Position numbers and translations under genes: made by a program. A DNA stretch of 64,000 bases, taken from positions 5,539 to 69,538 of the forward strand of contig JAHDNZ010000021.1 of the NCBI GenBank assembly GCA_018435125.1, in the 5' to 3' direction. Source of the DNA: Bacillota bacterium (GTDB taxonomy: Bacteria; Bacillota; DTU065). The notes beneath the pieces are model-generated. The model worked only from the letters and a program-made list of their open reading frames with translations. It had not been told where the DNA came from and did no database searches. This document shows positions 9,385 to 19,595 of this stretch, piece by piece (positions within the stretch are counted from its first letter, which is position 1; each line of letters opens with the position of its first letter).

Positions 9385-9667
9385 TTTAACTATATGTAAA
9401 GGACCCAAAAACGCTTAGAAAGCTCTTTGCGGCCTGCCAGGCTAATTTAATGAATAATTTATTAAGTAAGATTGAACATTAACCATCTTGTTGCGTTTTA
9501 TAACCTCAATAACAGCTTAAATGAGCTAAGCTATATTAAAAAAACGCATTTTGAGAAAATTGGCAGGGAAACACTTATGGAAACAGAAAAAAGAGATGAT
9601 ATGGTATCAAAGGAGAATCAACAAAAAGAACGCAGCACAGAGAAACTCCTTATGGGAGGCAATTGTA

Positions 9668-9934
9668 ATGCGTTTTAAAAATATACTTTGGCTGCTAGTA
9701 ATCGGGCTTTTTTTTACTCCTGGAGGGAGGGAATATCCAACGTATATTGTTGATCGCATAGAAGAAAACCTTGTTATAGTGGAGTGGGAAGGCGGTCACA
9801 TTTATTTACCCAAAGAAATATTCCCAGAACCAATTAAAGAAGGCGATGTTTTAGATATAGCGATAAAAGTTGATCATGAATTAACAGAGAATAGGATAAA
9901 GAAAATAGAAAAACTCATGGAGTTTGATGAGTAG
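9668..9934 (+). CDS. DUF3006-like small protein
   Basis: GGGAGG RBS 9 nt upstream of the ATG at 9668. ...YIVDRIEENLVIVEWEGGHIYLPKEIFPEPIKEGDVLD... matches the DUF3006 pattern, which commonly precedes MBL-fold genes. Confidence 0.6.
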   Translation: MRFKNILWLLVIGLFFTPGGREYPTYIVDRIEENLVIVEWEGGHIYLPKEIFPEPIKEGDVLDIAIKVDHELTENRIKKIEKLMEFDE

Positions 9935-9950
9935 AGAGACGGTGACATAG

Positions 9951-10922
9951 GTGAAAACAACACAGAAAATAGGTCTCTTAATGGCTATATTTTTCCTTTT
10001 AATCTTTTATACTCAGGGCGAACTACTGGTACATTTTATCGATGTTGGTCAAGGTGAAGCCATATTAATTCAAACCCCAAATGCTAAGAATATTTTAATT
10101 GATGGGGGAACAAAAAAATATGGTCCGAGTCTGGTTAAATACCTATCCGACCTTAAGATTACGGATATTGATTTAATAATTGCTACTCACCCTCACGAAG
10201 ATCACATCGGTGGTTTGTTAGCTGTATTTGACAATTTAGCTGTAAAAAACGTCTGCTATCCTGCTAAAGCACATACCTCAGTTACCTTTGAGCAATTTAT
10301 TAATAAAGTTAACCAATCCGGTGCTAAGCGTATAAAAGCAGTTAAGGGTAAGATTTTTAGTCTTGACCCCGATATAGAGTTGGTAATTCTTTCACCATTT
10401 GAGGGCACAAATTATGATTCACTTAATCACTACAGCGTAGTAACCAAACTAACCTATGGCAGTATAAATGTTCTCTTTACCGGAGACTGTGAGATCGAAA
10501 ATGAAAAAATGCTTTTGGAAGATCAAGTCAATCTGCAAGCCGATGTTTTAAATGTAGCTCATCATGGAAGTTCAACTTCATCATCGGCAGAGTTTTTAAG
10601 AGCAGTCTCACCGCTTGTAGCCATAATATCGGTAGGTAAAGATAATCCTTATCAACATCCACATCAAGATGTACTTAATCGGTTAAAGGAGCATAATATT
10701 GCTATTTATCGAACTGATCTACAAGGAAATATTATCTTAAAAAGTGATGGTAAGTGTATCTATATCCTTAACCAAGAAGGATATTTGGAGATCTTAGACA
10801 CTAACCTCAAACAGGATACAGATGAGAAATATCAACAAGAATATTATAGGTACTTGTTTGATCAAGATAAAAAAGCTATTTTGCATAAGGAAGGTATAGA
10901 ATATATTCAGCCAAATTTGTAA
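9951..10922 (+). CDS. secreted MBL-fold metallo-hydrolase (ComEC C-terminal-domain-like)
   Basis: Signal/anchor helix. FIDVGQGEA, HPHEDHIGG, VAHHGS motifs. Confidence 0.8.
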   Translation: MKTTQKIGLLMAIFFLLIFYTQGELLVHFIDVGQGEAILIQTPNAKNILIDGGTKKYGPSLVKYLSDLKITDIDLIIATHPHEDHIGGLLAVFDNLAVKNVCYPAKAHTSVTFEQFINKVNQSGAKRIKAVKGKIFSLDPDIELVILSPFEGTNYDSLNHYSVVTKLTYGSINVLFTGDCEIENEKMLLEDQVNLQADVLNVAHHGSSTSSSAEFLRAVSPLVAIISVGKDNPYQHPHQDVLNRLKEHNIAIYRTDLQGNIILKSDGKCIYILNQEGYLEILDTNLKQDTDEKYQQEYYRYLFDQDKKAILHKEGIEYIQPNL

Positions 10923-10988
10923 GCCCTAATACGTGATAGGGTGATGGTTAAATCCAAATAATAAAACCTAGTTTCAGGGAGGGGTAGC

Positions 10989-11696
10989 GTGAAAGAGGAA
11001 GGAATTGGAAATTTAAATGAGAGTTCTTTACATAAGGCTTTGAAGGAATATTATGCTCCAGGATATAAGGTGGAACAAGCTGTTAATGGCTTTGTGGTTG
11101 ATTTAAAAAAGGATAATAAAATTATTGAAATTCAAACCGGCAATTTCTCCAGCTTGAGAAAGAAATTAAAATCGCTTCTGCCGGAATATAAAATTCATTT
11201 AGTCTATCCAATCCCAAAAGAAAAAAGATTGATCCGACTGGATCTTAATGGTCAGATTCTTTCTAAACGTCTTTCGCCTAAAAAGGGTTGTTTTGACGAT
11301 ATATTTTCCGAACTGGTTTATATTACCGATTATTTGCTACATCCCAATCTCTCCATAGAGATATTACTAACCAAAGAAGAAGAGATAAGAGTAGAAGATG
11401 GTCTGGGTTCCAGGAGAAGAAAGGGAGTTAGCATTAAAGATCATCATCTTTTAGAAATACTTGCTAGGTGTTATTTAAAAAACGCCACTGATTATTTGAG
11501 CTTTTTACCTACTAATCTTGAGGAGACATTTACTAATAAAGAACTGGCAAAATGTGGACTATATTCACTTAATAAAGCCCGAAAAATAACTTATACGTTA
11601 AAAAAGGCAGGTTTAATAACAGTTAAGAAAAAAGTTGGCTCGCAATATTATTATCAAAATATTTCCGGAGAGGAGACTAAAAGTGAAATTAGCTAA
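10989..11696 (+). CDS. hypothetical protein, possible PD-(D/E)XK nuclease-like N-domain plus C-terminal wHTH-like region
   Basis: GGGAGGGG RBS and GTG start. ...GFVVDLKKDNKIIEIQTGNF... fits a D-x(n)-E-x-Q/K nuclease-core pattern. No firm family recognised. Confidence 0.4.
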   Translation: MKEEGIGNLNESSLHKALKEYYAPGYKVEQAVNGFVVDLKKDNKIIEIQTGNFSSLRKKLKSLLPEYKIHLVYPIPKEKRLIRLDLNGQILSKRLSPKKGCFDDIFSELVYITDYLLHPNLSIEILLTKEEEIRVEDGLGSRRRKGVSIKDHHLLEILARCYLKNATDYLSFLPTNLEETFTNKELAKCGLYSLNKARKITYTLKKAGLITVKKKVGSQYYYQNISGEETKSEIS

Positions 11697-13389
11697 AGAA
11701 TTGGTTTTGTTTTTATTAATATATTTAGTTATGAGCGAAACTCTCTTAGCGATTAATAACTATCAAGAAGATTTGAAAATATTAAGTCAAGAGTTGTCTA
11801 AAGTAAAAGCTTTTTTTGAAGCTAACAAAAGTCATATGGAAACAGAAAGAATTAACCAAACTCTAACTTACTTAGAACTGGTAGAGTCATCTTTAACAGA
11901 TGCTGAAAAATACTTAGCAGAAAAAGATTACTTTGAAGCTGAGTTAAAGATTGAACTCTCTAAGATGGCAATTGGGAAAACCTATGTTAAAGCCAGTCGC
12001 TCCTTAAAAGTGGAAGCCAGGGTAATCTCGGTAGATGCAGGAACACTTTCGCGCAAAGCTCTTTCCCATAGCCTTCCGAATTTAGTGGAAGAGATAGCTG
12101 AGGCTGGTTTTAATACCATCTTTGTAGAAGTTTTACGTGATGACGGTTATGTAGTTTATCCTTCGGAATATATGGAGCTTGCCCCCGAACTTAAAGGTCT
12201 TGATCCTTTGGGTGAATTAGTGGAGCTTTCCAAAGCCAAAAAAATTGCTGTTTTTCCCTGGCAAAAAGTATTTTTTGCTGCAGCTAATGGAACTTTAGGA
12301 CCTGTTTTAAATAAACATCCAGAGTGGATTGCCCTAGACAGGTTTCAAAAAGGTCTTGATGCCTATTCGCTAGCTTGGTTTAGTCCGGCCCATCCCAAAG
12401 CTCGGGAATTTATCTGTAATTATATCTTTGAAATGTGGCAAAAATACGATTTCGCCGGTTGCCAGCTCGATTATGTAAGAAATGCCGTAAATCCTTTAGA
12501 GGATAATGATTTTAGTTACGATCAGGCCTCGTTGGATCTATTTAACTCGCTTTATGGATATAATCCTCTGGAGTTAAAATATCCCTCAGCAGCAATTCGA
12601 ACAAGACCGGAATATACACCCGGTGATTTTGGACCTGAATGGGAAAATTGGCAAGCTTTTAGAGAGGAACTAATTACTTCATTGGTGGCAAAAATCGCTA
12701 AAACACTAAAAAATGCCAAACCCGATGCTATGATAAGTGTTGGGATTGCAACAGCCCTTTGGGGCGGAGGAACTTTGGAACAAGCTTACTTTAGGCAGCA
12801 AAACTGGCCGGTTTGGCTAGACAGGCATCTTGTAGAAATTCTGTCTCCCTTAGTTTATCAAAACGATCTCAGCATTGTGCTAAGAGAAGTAGAAAATGTC
12901 AAAGCAGTTGCGGATGGCCGTGCTATGCAATATCCTAGCCTGGGAGTTCAAGCTATGGATAACCCATATCAATTACTGGAACAAATTGAGGCGGTAAGGG
13001 ATTTGGGAGAACCGGGGATGAGGATATTTGCCTATCCTTATTTAAAAACCGAACACTTTAAACTTTTAAAAGAAGGTCCTTTCCGAGAACAAGCCTTTCC
13101 TCCTTATAAAGATCTGTTTAAAAGCAGCTATCTTTTACTCGAGGATTTACTGGAATTAGTTTCTTCGGAGACAGAAAATGAACTTTATAATGATCTGGAA
13201 AGTCTAAAAAAGCGTTTAGAGATTACCTTAGAAGCTGATTTAAAAAGGCAGTATGCAGCGGTTAAATATCTTTTAAATAAACTGCCTAGAATTACTCAAA
13301 ACGTTACTGATAAAACAGTAGAGATGGAAGTAAAGCGTTTAAAAACCCTTTTGAGTGTCTATGAATATAAGAACCGTTTCATAATTTAA
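11683..13389 (+). CDS. GHL10 / DUF187 (YngK-like) glycoside-hydrolase-like TIM-barrel protein
   Basis: GTG at 11683 after AGGAG gives a signal/anchor helix. Paralogous to 28478-30826 (motifs FNTIFVEV, FPWQKVF, GCQLDYVRN, WENWQAFREE). Confidence 0.65.
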   Translation: MKLAKELVLFLLIYLVMSETLLAINNYQEDLKILSQELSKVKAFFEANKSHMETERINQTLTYLELVESSLTDAEKYLAEKDYFEAELKIELSKMAIGKTYVKASRSLKVEARVISVDAGTLSRKALSHSLPNLVEEIAEAGFNTIFVEVLRDDGYVVYPSEYMELAPELKGLDPLGELVELSKAKKIAVFPWQKVFFAAANGTLGPVLNKHPEWIALDRFQKGLDAYSLAWFSPAHPKAREFICNYIFEMWQKYDFAGCQLDYVRNAVNPLEDNDFSYDQASLDLFNSLYGYNPLELKYPSAAIRTRPEYTPGDFGPEWENWQAFREELITSLVAKIAKTLKNAKPDAMISVGIATALWGGGTLEQAYFRQQNWPVWLDRHLVEILSPLVYQNDLSIVLREVENVKAVADGRAMQYPSLGVQAMDNPYQLLEQIEAVRDLGEPGMRIFAYPYLKTEHFKLLKEGPFREQAFPPYKDLFKSSYLLLEDLLELVSSETENELYNDLESLKKRLEITLEADLKRQYAAVKYLLNKLPRITQNVTDKTVEMEVKRLKTLLSVYEYKNRFII

Positions 13390-13410
13390 AGGCCGGATTT
13401 ACCGGCCTTT
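13388..13410 (+). terminator. hairpin terminator
   Basis: AAAGGCCGG-ATTTA-CCGGCCTTT overlapping the stop codon. Confidence 0.75.
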
Positions 13411-13490
13411 GCAATATTTTTAATTGTAAAGGAAAAGCTTATAAGCAAGCCGAAATTTTCTAAAGCTGGCTAGTTAAGGAGGCTCCTTTT

Positions 13491-13889
13491 ATGATTCAGG
13501 TCTGTGCGGCGGTTATTGTTCAAGACCAAAAAGTGTTCATTGCTCAAAGAAAAAAAGACAGTCACCAGGGAGGCTTATGGGAGTTTCCCGGTGGTAAGCT
13601 AGAAAAAGGAGAAACACCTCACGAATGTCTCAAAAGAGAACTCTTAGAAGAGCTCTCGGTAAAGGCTGAAATTGGTAGCTTTATTGGTGCTAGTACCTAT
13701 GAATATCCGGAAAAAAGTATTTGTTTGTCAGCGTATTTTGTCAGTATTAAAGATAAACCAGTTCTAAAAGAACATGAGGCTTTGGCATGGGTTTTCTATT
13801 CGGAGTTACTTAATTATCCCTTAGCACCAGCGGATAGACCTATTGCAAAGGCTTTAATAGATATTATTGCGAGGGGGGGGAGCCCTTAA
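13491..13889 (+). CDS. mutT: NUDIX hydrolase, MutT-like (8-oxo-dGTP diphosphatase family)
   Basis: WEFPGGKLEKGETPHECLKRELLEEL Nudix box and MutT-like length (132 aa). Confidence 0.75.
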   Translation: MIQVCAAVIVQDQKVFIAQRKKDSHQGGLWEFPGGKLEKGETPHECLKRELLEELSVKAEIGSFIGASTYEYPEKSICLSAYFVSIKDKPVLKEHEALAWVFYSELLNYPLAPADRPIAKALIDIIARGGSP

Positions 13890-13900
13890 AGGGCTATTTA

Positions 13901-14530
13901 GTGAATTTATATGAACTTAAATTGGCAGCTATGGAAGATGCCATGAACTTTTTAGAATGTCCTTTTTGTTTTTTAGATGAAGCACTTTATAAAATGTATT
14001 TTAATCGTCTTTTAAATAATGTTCTCGACCAAGATTACCGCAAGGAGTGGCTAAGTGGTGGAGGGCTTTGTTCCAAACACTCTCTAATGCTATTAGAAAA
14101 AGGTTCTGCTACTGGACAGGCGATTTTATATCAAGATTTGCTTAATAATTGGCAAAAAACCTGGCTGGAAAACAAATTTGTCTGCCCGGTCTGCCAAAAG
14201 ATCGATTACAACTTTGAGGATAGTAAAAAAGCCTTTATCTGGGGATTGAAAAATCGACCTGAGTTTTATGAGGGTTTTCTCTCTTCCGATGGTTTATGCC
14301 GTGATCATTTCGTAAAGCTTTACCAGGAGCTAGCTTTTGATACAAGGTTTCAAGAACTTTTAGTTACAGTACAAGATAAAGCTTTTTGCCGGTTAAATAA
14401 ACAATTAGATCAACTCTTAAGACAACATAGCTACAACTATCAAGGGAAAAAGGATCAGCCAAGTCTCAGATCTTGGAAGAAAGCAGCACGTTATTTTATA
14501 AGCGGAGTCGAAAAAAAATATCGAGTTTAA
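13901..14530 (+). CDS. Cys-rich protein with duplicated CPxC...GLCxxH module (DUF6062-like?)
   Basis: C20-P-F-C23...C57-S-K-H60 and C95-P-V-C98...C133-R-D-H136, with equal spacing (37/38 residues). Confidence 0.55.
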   Translation: MNLYELKLAAMEDAMNFLECPFCFLDEALYKMYFNRLLNNVLDQDYRKEWLSGGGLCSKHSLMLLEKGSATGQAILYQDLLNNWQKTWLENKFVCPVCQKIDYNFEDSKKAFIWGLKNRPEFYEGFLSSDGLCRDHFVKLYQELAFDTRFQELLVTVQDKAFCRLNKQLDQLLRQHSYNYQGKKDQPSLRSWKKAARYFISGVEKKYRV

Positions 14531-14545
14531 AAGTGGAGTGAGATA

Positions 14546-15109
14546 ATGGTTGACAGTCAAGCTTATTACACCTCGGAGATAGTAGACAAGATCCGCCTTA
14601 ACGCGGTGAAAATGGAAATATTTAGAGATAAAAAAGCCTTTAATGAGATTGAGTTGGTGTTGGGTTTTAGTGCTTATATCTACTGGTTAGCGGGTGCTAT
14701 AAGTTTAGAGGGTAAAAAAGAACAAGATGAGTATCTAAAAACTGCTAGTGAAAGTGCCAGACAAGTAGCTTTCGAGTTTGTAGCCATGCTTAAAGCCAAT
14801 AAAGACTTAACCACCATTATTAAAAAACAGATAGACTTTAATCCTGAAGAAGAACTGGAGTGGGGCTGGACTAAAGAAAATGATCCTAAATGGCAACTGT
14901 GTCTTACAAGAGCCATAGTTTTAATTACCCGAGGCCTGGCCTATGCTACTTTGGATTATTCTGAGGCCATTGGTCCTTTTGAACCTTTAGGAACACTTGA
15001 ATTTCTAAAATATGTCGAACTGGCTGATCTTTACCAAGAAGCCTTCATTTGGGCTAGTTTTATTATTGGCAGCGAAGCTGCACAACAGCTTTTTAATATT
15101 AGTCTTTAA
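14546..15109 (+). CDS. hypothetical protein
   Basis: 187-aa ORF 15 nt downstream of the preceding gene, with a GGAGTGAG RBS. No family recognised. Confidence 0.5.
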   Translation: MVDSQAYYTSEIVDKIRLNAVKMEIFRDKKAFNEIELVLGFSAYIYWLAGAISLEGKKEQDEYLKTASESARQVAFEFVAMLKANKDLTTIIKKQIDFNPEEELEWGWTKENDPKWQLCLTRAIVLITRGLAYATLDYSEAIGPFEPLGTLEFLKYVELADLYQEAFIWASFIIGSEAAQQLFNISL

Positions 15110-16633
<1,524 letters not shown>

Positions 16634-16646
16634 GGAGGGTTTTTTA

Positions 16647-17690
16647 GTGGATATAAATAAATATCTTGACTTTATCGTTGACGAAGTTGTAACTCTTTGC
16701 CATATACCAAGCCCTACCGGATATACTTGGCAAGCAACAGAATATGTACTGCATAAATTGCAGGAATTTGGCTACCAACCTGAGCTTAGTCACAAGGGAA
16801 GTGTCTTATGTCATTTAGGCGGTGAGGGTAATGGACTTGTCTTAGCCTCACACCTAGACACCTTGGGACTAATGGTCAGAGCCCTTAAGGATAATGGAAG
16901 GTTAAGATTTACAAAAATAGGCGGTTTCCCGGACAATTATCTTGAAACAGAAAATTGTACTGTTCATACACGTGAAGGGAAGTCTTACAGCGGTACAGTT
17001 CAAATGATAAATCCTGCAACCCATGTCAATGGAGAGCTAAAAAATGAACCTCGTAATGACGAAACAATGGAAATTGTTCTTGACGAAAAAGTATTTAATA
17101 AAGAAGAACTACTTAAATTAGGTCTAAGTGCCGGTGATTTTGTCTCTCTTGATCCTAGAACCAGAGTCACCGCATCTGGGTTTATAAAAAGCAGACATTT
17201 AGATGACAAAGCCAGTGCCGCTGTTTTATTGGGTTTAGCTAAATATCTTAAAGCAAATCCGCTTACATTTACCCAAAGTATTTATCTGCTTTTTACCACT
17301 TATGAAGAAGTAGGTCATGGTGCAGCTGCTTTTTTACCCAGTGGAGTAGTGGATTTTATTTCGGTTGATATGGGGGCGGTAGGATCTGATCTAAGCACCG
17401 ATGAACTAAAAGTTTCAATATGTGCTAAAGACTCGCAAGGCCCATATGACTATAACTTAACTACAGCATTAATAAAAACAGCTAAAGAAAACAATTTAAA
17501 CTATGCGGTTGATATCTACCCCTTTTATGGTTCTGATGCCGAAGCAGCACTTAGAGCAGGTTATGATCTTCGCCATGCCTTAATCGGACCGGGAGTTAGT
17601 GCTTCGCATGGCTATGAAAGAACACACAAAGAAGGTTTAGAAAATACTTTGCGATTATTATTAAATATTTTGGCCGTAAAGGTATCTTAA
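16647..17690 (+). CDS. M42-family metallopeptidase (glutamyl aminopeptidase / Frv-like)
   Basis: AAGGAGGG RBS then GTG at 16647. M42 pattern: IPSPTGY, HLDTLG, EEVGHGAA, final GYERTH. Confidence 0.8.
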   Translation: MDINKYLDFIVDEVVTLCHIPSPTGYTWQATEYVLHKLQEFGYQPELSHKGSVLCHLGGEGNGLVLASHLDTLGLMVRALKDNGRLRFTKIGGFPDNYLETENCTVHTREGKSYSGTVQMINPATHVNGELKNEPRNDETMEIVLDEKVFNKEELLKLGLSAGDFVSLDPRTRVTASGFIKSRHLDDKASAAVLLGLAKYLKANPLTFTQSIYLLFTTYEEVGHGAAAFLPSGVVDFISVDMGAVGSDLSTDELKVSICAKDSQGPYDYNLTTALIKTAKENNLNYAVDIYPFYGSDAEAALRAGYDLRHALIGPGVSASHGYERTHKEGLENTLRLLLNILAVKVS

Positions 17691-17778
17691 CCGATATTAA
17701 CAAAAGGAATGTAAATATGGATGTCGAAAAATCATAATATACCCATTATGAGAAAAAGAGGTGTGAAGGGAGGCGAAG

Positions 17779-17794
17779 GTGCACAATTGTGCAC
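17779..17794. promoter_or_regulatory. perfect 16-bp palindrome GTGCACAATTGTGCAC between RBS and start codon
   Basis: Read directly. It is its own reverse complement. It lies between GGGAGG (17768-17773) and the ATG at 17802. Confidence 0.4.
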
Positions 17795-17801
17795 TGGTAA
17801 G

Positions 17802-18536
17802 ATGAAACGTTTACTAACTGTGATTGTGATTCTAGCTTTATGTTCGGTCTTTGTGTTTGCAGACGATTTGCGTATGTTAAGAGAGGATGTTCCTAACAAA
17901 CATTTAGTTGGCCCCGGCGGAATCTATATGATGCTCTCCAATTATAATCGCAATATCCAACGCGACGTTGTTCAAGGTTATGAGTCAGAACTACAAGTTT
18001 TTACCCCGGAGTTTAAAGAAAATATTATCATTTTTCCCAACGCTTTAGTAGGTATTTTTGTTGTAAAAGGTGACAAAATTGTTGATATCATTGCTCAAGC
18101 CTCAAGTGTTCCGGCCATCCCTGCTGATGGTTTTTTAGTAGTGGGACACGGCCGTGCGGCGGTTGGATTTATGGTTCAATTTGAAATAGGTGATAAAGTA
18201 ACTATTAAAGACTATACACCTAAAATTGCATCCGCGGCTAAAGCCAAAGAAGTTGTTATTATGCCAAATGGGGAAGAAGTTGTCATTAGCGGTTGGAACA
18301 GAGGTCGTTGTGCTGATGAGGTAGTAGCCTACGATTCCGACTATGCGGATAAAACTTACACCAACGAATGGGGTCATGAGTTTGCCGTTGAAGGTGATGA
18401 AGTAATCGAAGTTAGAGCAATTGGCAATAAAGATGTCCTTGAAATCCCCAAAAAGGGTTTTGCTATCTCTGCTCATGGCACTATGATTTCAAGTGTTAGC
18501 AGTGCTATGGAAGGCGATTTAGTGGAATTAGACTAA
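17802..18536 (+). CDS. secreted protein with internal duplication, unknown function
   Basis: Signal peptide MKRLLTVIVILALCSVFVFA. Two similar modules (GDKIVDII...IPADGFLVVGHG / GDEVIEVR...IPKKGFAISAHG). An alternative TTG start lies at 17787. Confidence 0.55.
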   Translation: MKRLLTVIVILALCSVFVFADDLRMLREDVPNKHLVGPGGIYMMLSNYNRNIQRDVVQGYESELQVFTPEFKENIIIFPNALVGIFVVKGDKIVDIIAQASSVPAIPADGFLVVGHGRAAVGFMVQFEIGDKVTIKDYTPKIASAAKAKEVVIMPNGEEVVISGWNRGRCADEVVAYDSDYADKTYTNEWGHEFAVEGDEVIEVRAIGNKDVLEIPKKGFAISAHGTMISSVSSAMEGDLVELD

Positions 18537-18589
18537 CAAAAAAATGCCAAAAACTTGGCAGGCTTTGAATACCTTATTAAATCTTACTG

Positions 18590-18624
18590 AAAAAAGAAGC
18601 TGCAGAACCTCTGCAGCTTCTTTT
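18590..18624. terminator. bidirectional rho-independent terminator
   Basis: AAAAAAGAAGCTGCAG-AACCT-CTGCAGCTTCTTTT between convergent genes. Confidence 0.85.
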
Positions 18625-18850
18625 ATTGATAACGTTTCAGCAGTTTATTACCTTCTTCGGTAAGAAAGAAATAATTGTTTTCAGTAGTTAAGAGACCGGC
18701 ATTTTCTAGACTTCTTAATCCACTTCTAACCCGATAAAGAGGTAGTCCGGAGTTTTTCTGAATAACTGTTTCATTTTGGGAAAGAGAAACTGCCCTTAAA
18801 AGAGCGAGACCAGAGGCACTAAGAGAGCCATCATCGTTAACACATGGCAT
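18623..18850 (-). CDS. small winged-helix-like protein coupled to the peroxiredoxin gene
   Basis: Starts 12 nt after the peroxiredoxin stop. 75 aa with a single Cys at position 3 and an HTH-like segment ...RVRSGLRSLENAGLL... Confidence 0.5.
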   Translation of the reverse strand: MPCVNDDGSLSASGLALLRAVSLSQNETVIQKNSGLPLYRVRSGLRSLENAGLLTTENNYFFLTEEGNKLLKRYQ

Positions 18851-18861
18851 TTAACTCACCC

Positions 18862-19515
18862 CTAGATCTTTTTTTTGCAAAGATACCAATCAATACAATT
18901 GTAACCTTGTTTGAGTCTCTCTTCAGCTAATTCCTGTGTTTTTGGCGGAGGAACTATAACTTCATCTCCAATTTGCCAGTTAGCTGGTGTAGCTATTTTA
19001 TAAGTATCAACTGTTTGCAGAGAATCTATTAATCTTAAGAGTTCACTCATATTTCTGCCAGTACTCATGGGGTAATAGATCATAGCCCGGACAATTCCTT
19101 CAGGATCTATTACAAAAACACATCTTGATGTTTCGGTATTACTTTCTCCAGGCATTAGCATACCATAAGCAGTGGCAACTTCTTTATTAAGATCAGCAAT
19201 AATGGGGAAGGGAATCTTAACATTTAGCTTTTCCTCAATATTTCTAACCCAAGCTATATGTGAAAATACACTGTCAATGCTTAAACCTAGCAATTCAACA
19301 TTGCGTTTTTTGAGTTCATCAAAAATTTCAGCAAAAGCTACAAATTCTGTTGTACAGACCGGGGTAAAATCAGCAGGATGGGAAAAAAGTATTAGCCAAG
19401 AACCTTTATAATCTTCGAGTTTAATCATCCCATGGGTAGTAAGAGAGTTAAATTCCGGAGCTTTTTCACCAAGTCTTGGTAGAGCTTGCATTGGATTATT
19501 TAATAAATTTTCCAT
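18862..19515 (-). CDS. peroxiredoxin, Prx6-subfamily (archaeal-type) with C-terminal Cys pair
   Basis: Peroxidatic motif [12 protein letters not shown]. 217 aa. C-terminal CIDWYLC resembles the C-x-DWWFC resolving motif. Confidence 0.85.
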   Translation of the reverse strand: MENLLNNPMQALPRLGEKAPEFNSLTTHGMIKLEDYKGSWLILFSHPADFTPVCTTEFVAFAEIFDELKKRNVELLGLSIDSVFSHIAWVRNIEEKLNVKIPFPIIADLNKEVATAYGMLMPGESNTETSRCVFVIDPEGIVRAMIYYPMSTGRNMSELLRLIDSLQTVDTYKIATPANWQIGDEVIVPPPKTQELAEERLKQGYNCIDWYLCKKKI

Positions 19516-19595
19516 TTCAAAAAACCTCCTAGGATATTATTGTGCTTCTGCTTACTATATACCCATATGGAAGTATATGAAACTAGTTATCATTA

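Noticed and set aside
9472-9667. 68-aa ORF and the N-terminal extension of the DUF3006-like ORF
   Set aside because: It has no RBS and a Lys/Asn/Glu-rich AT-driven composition. A clean GGGAGG-ATG start at 9668 yields the conserved domain.
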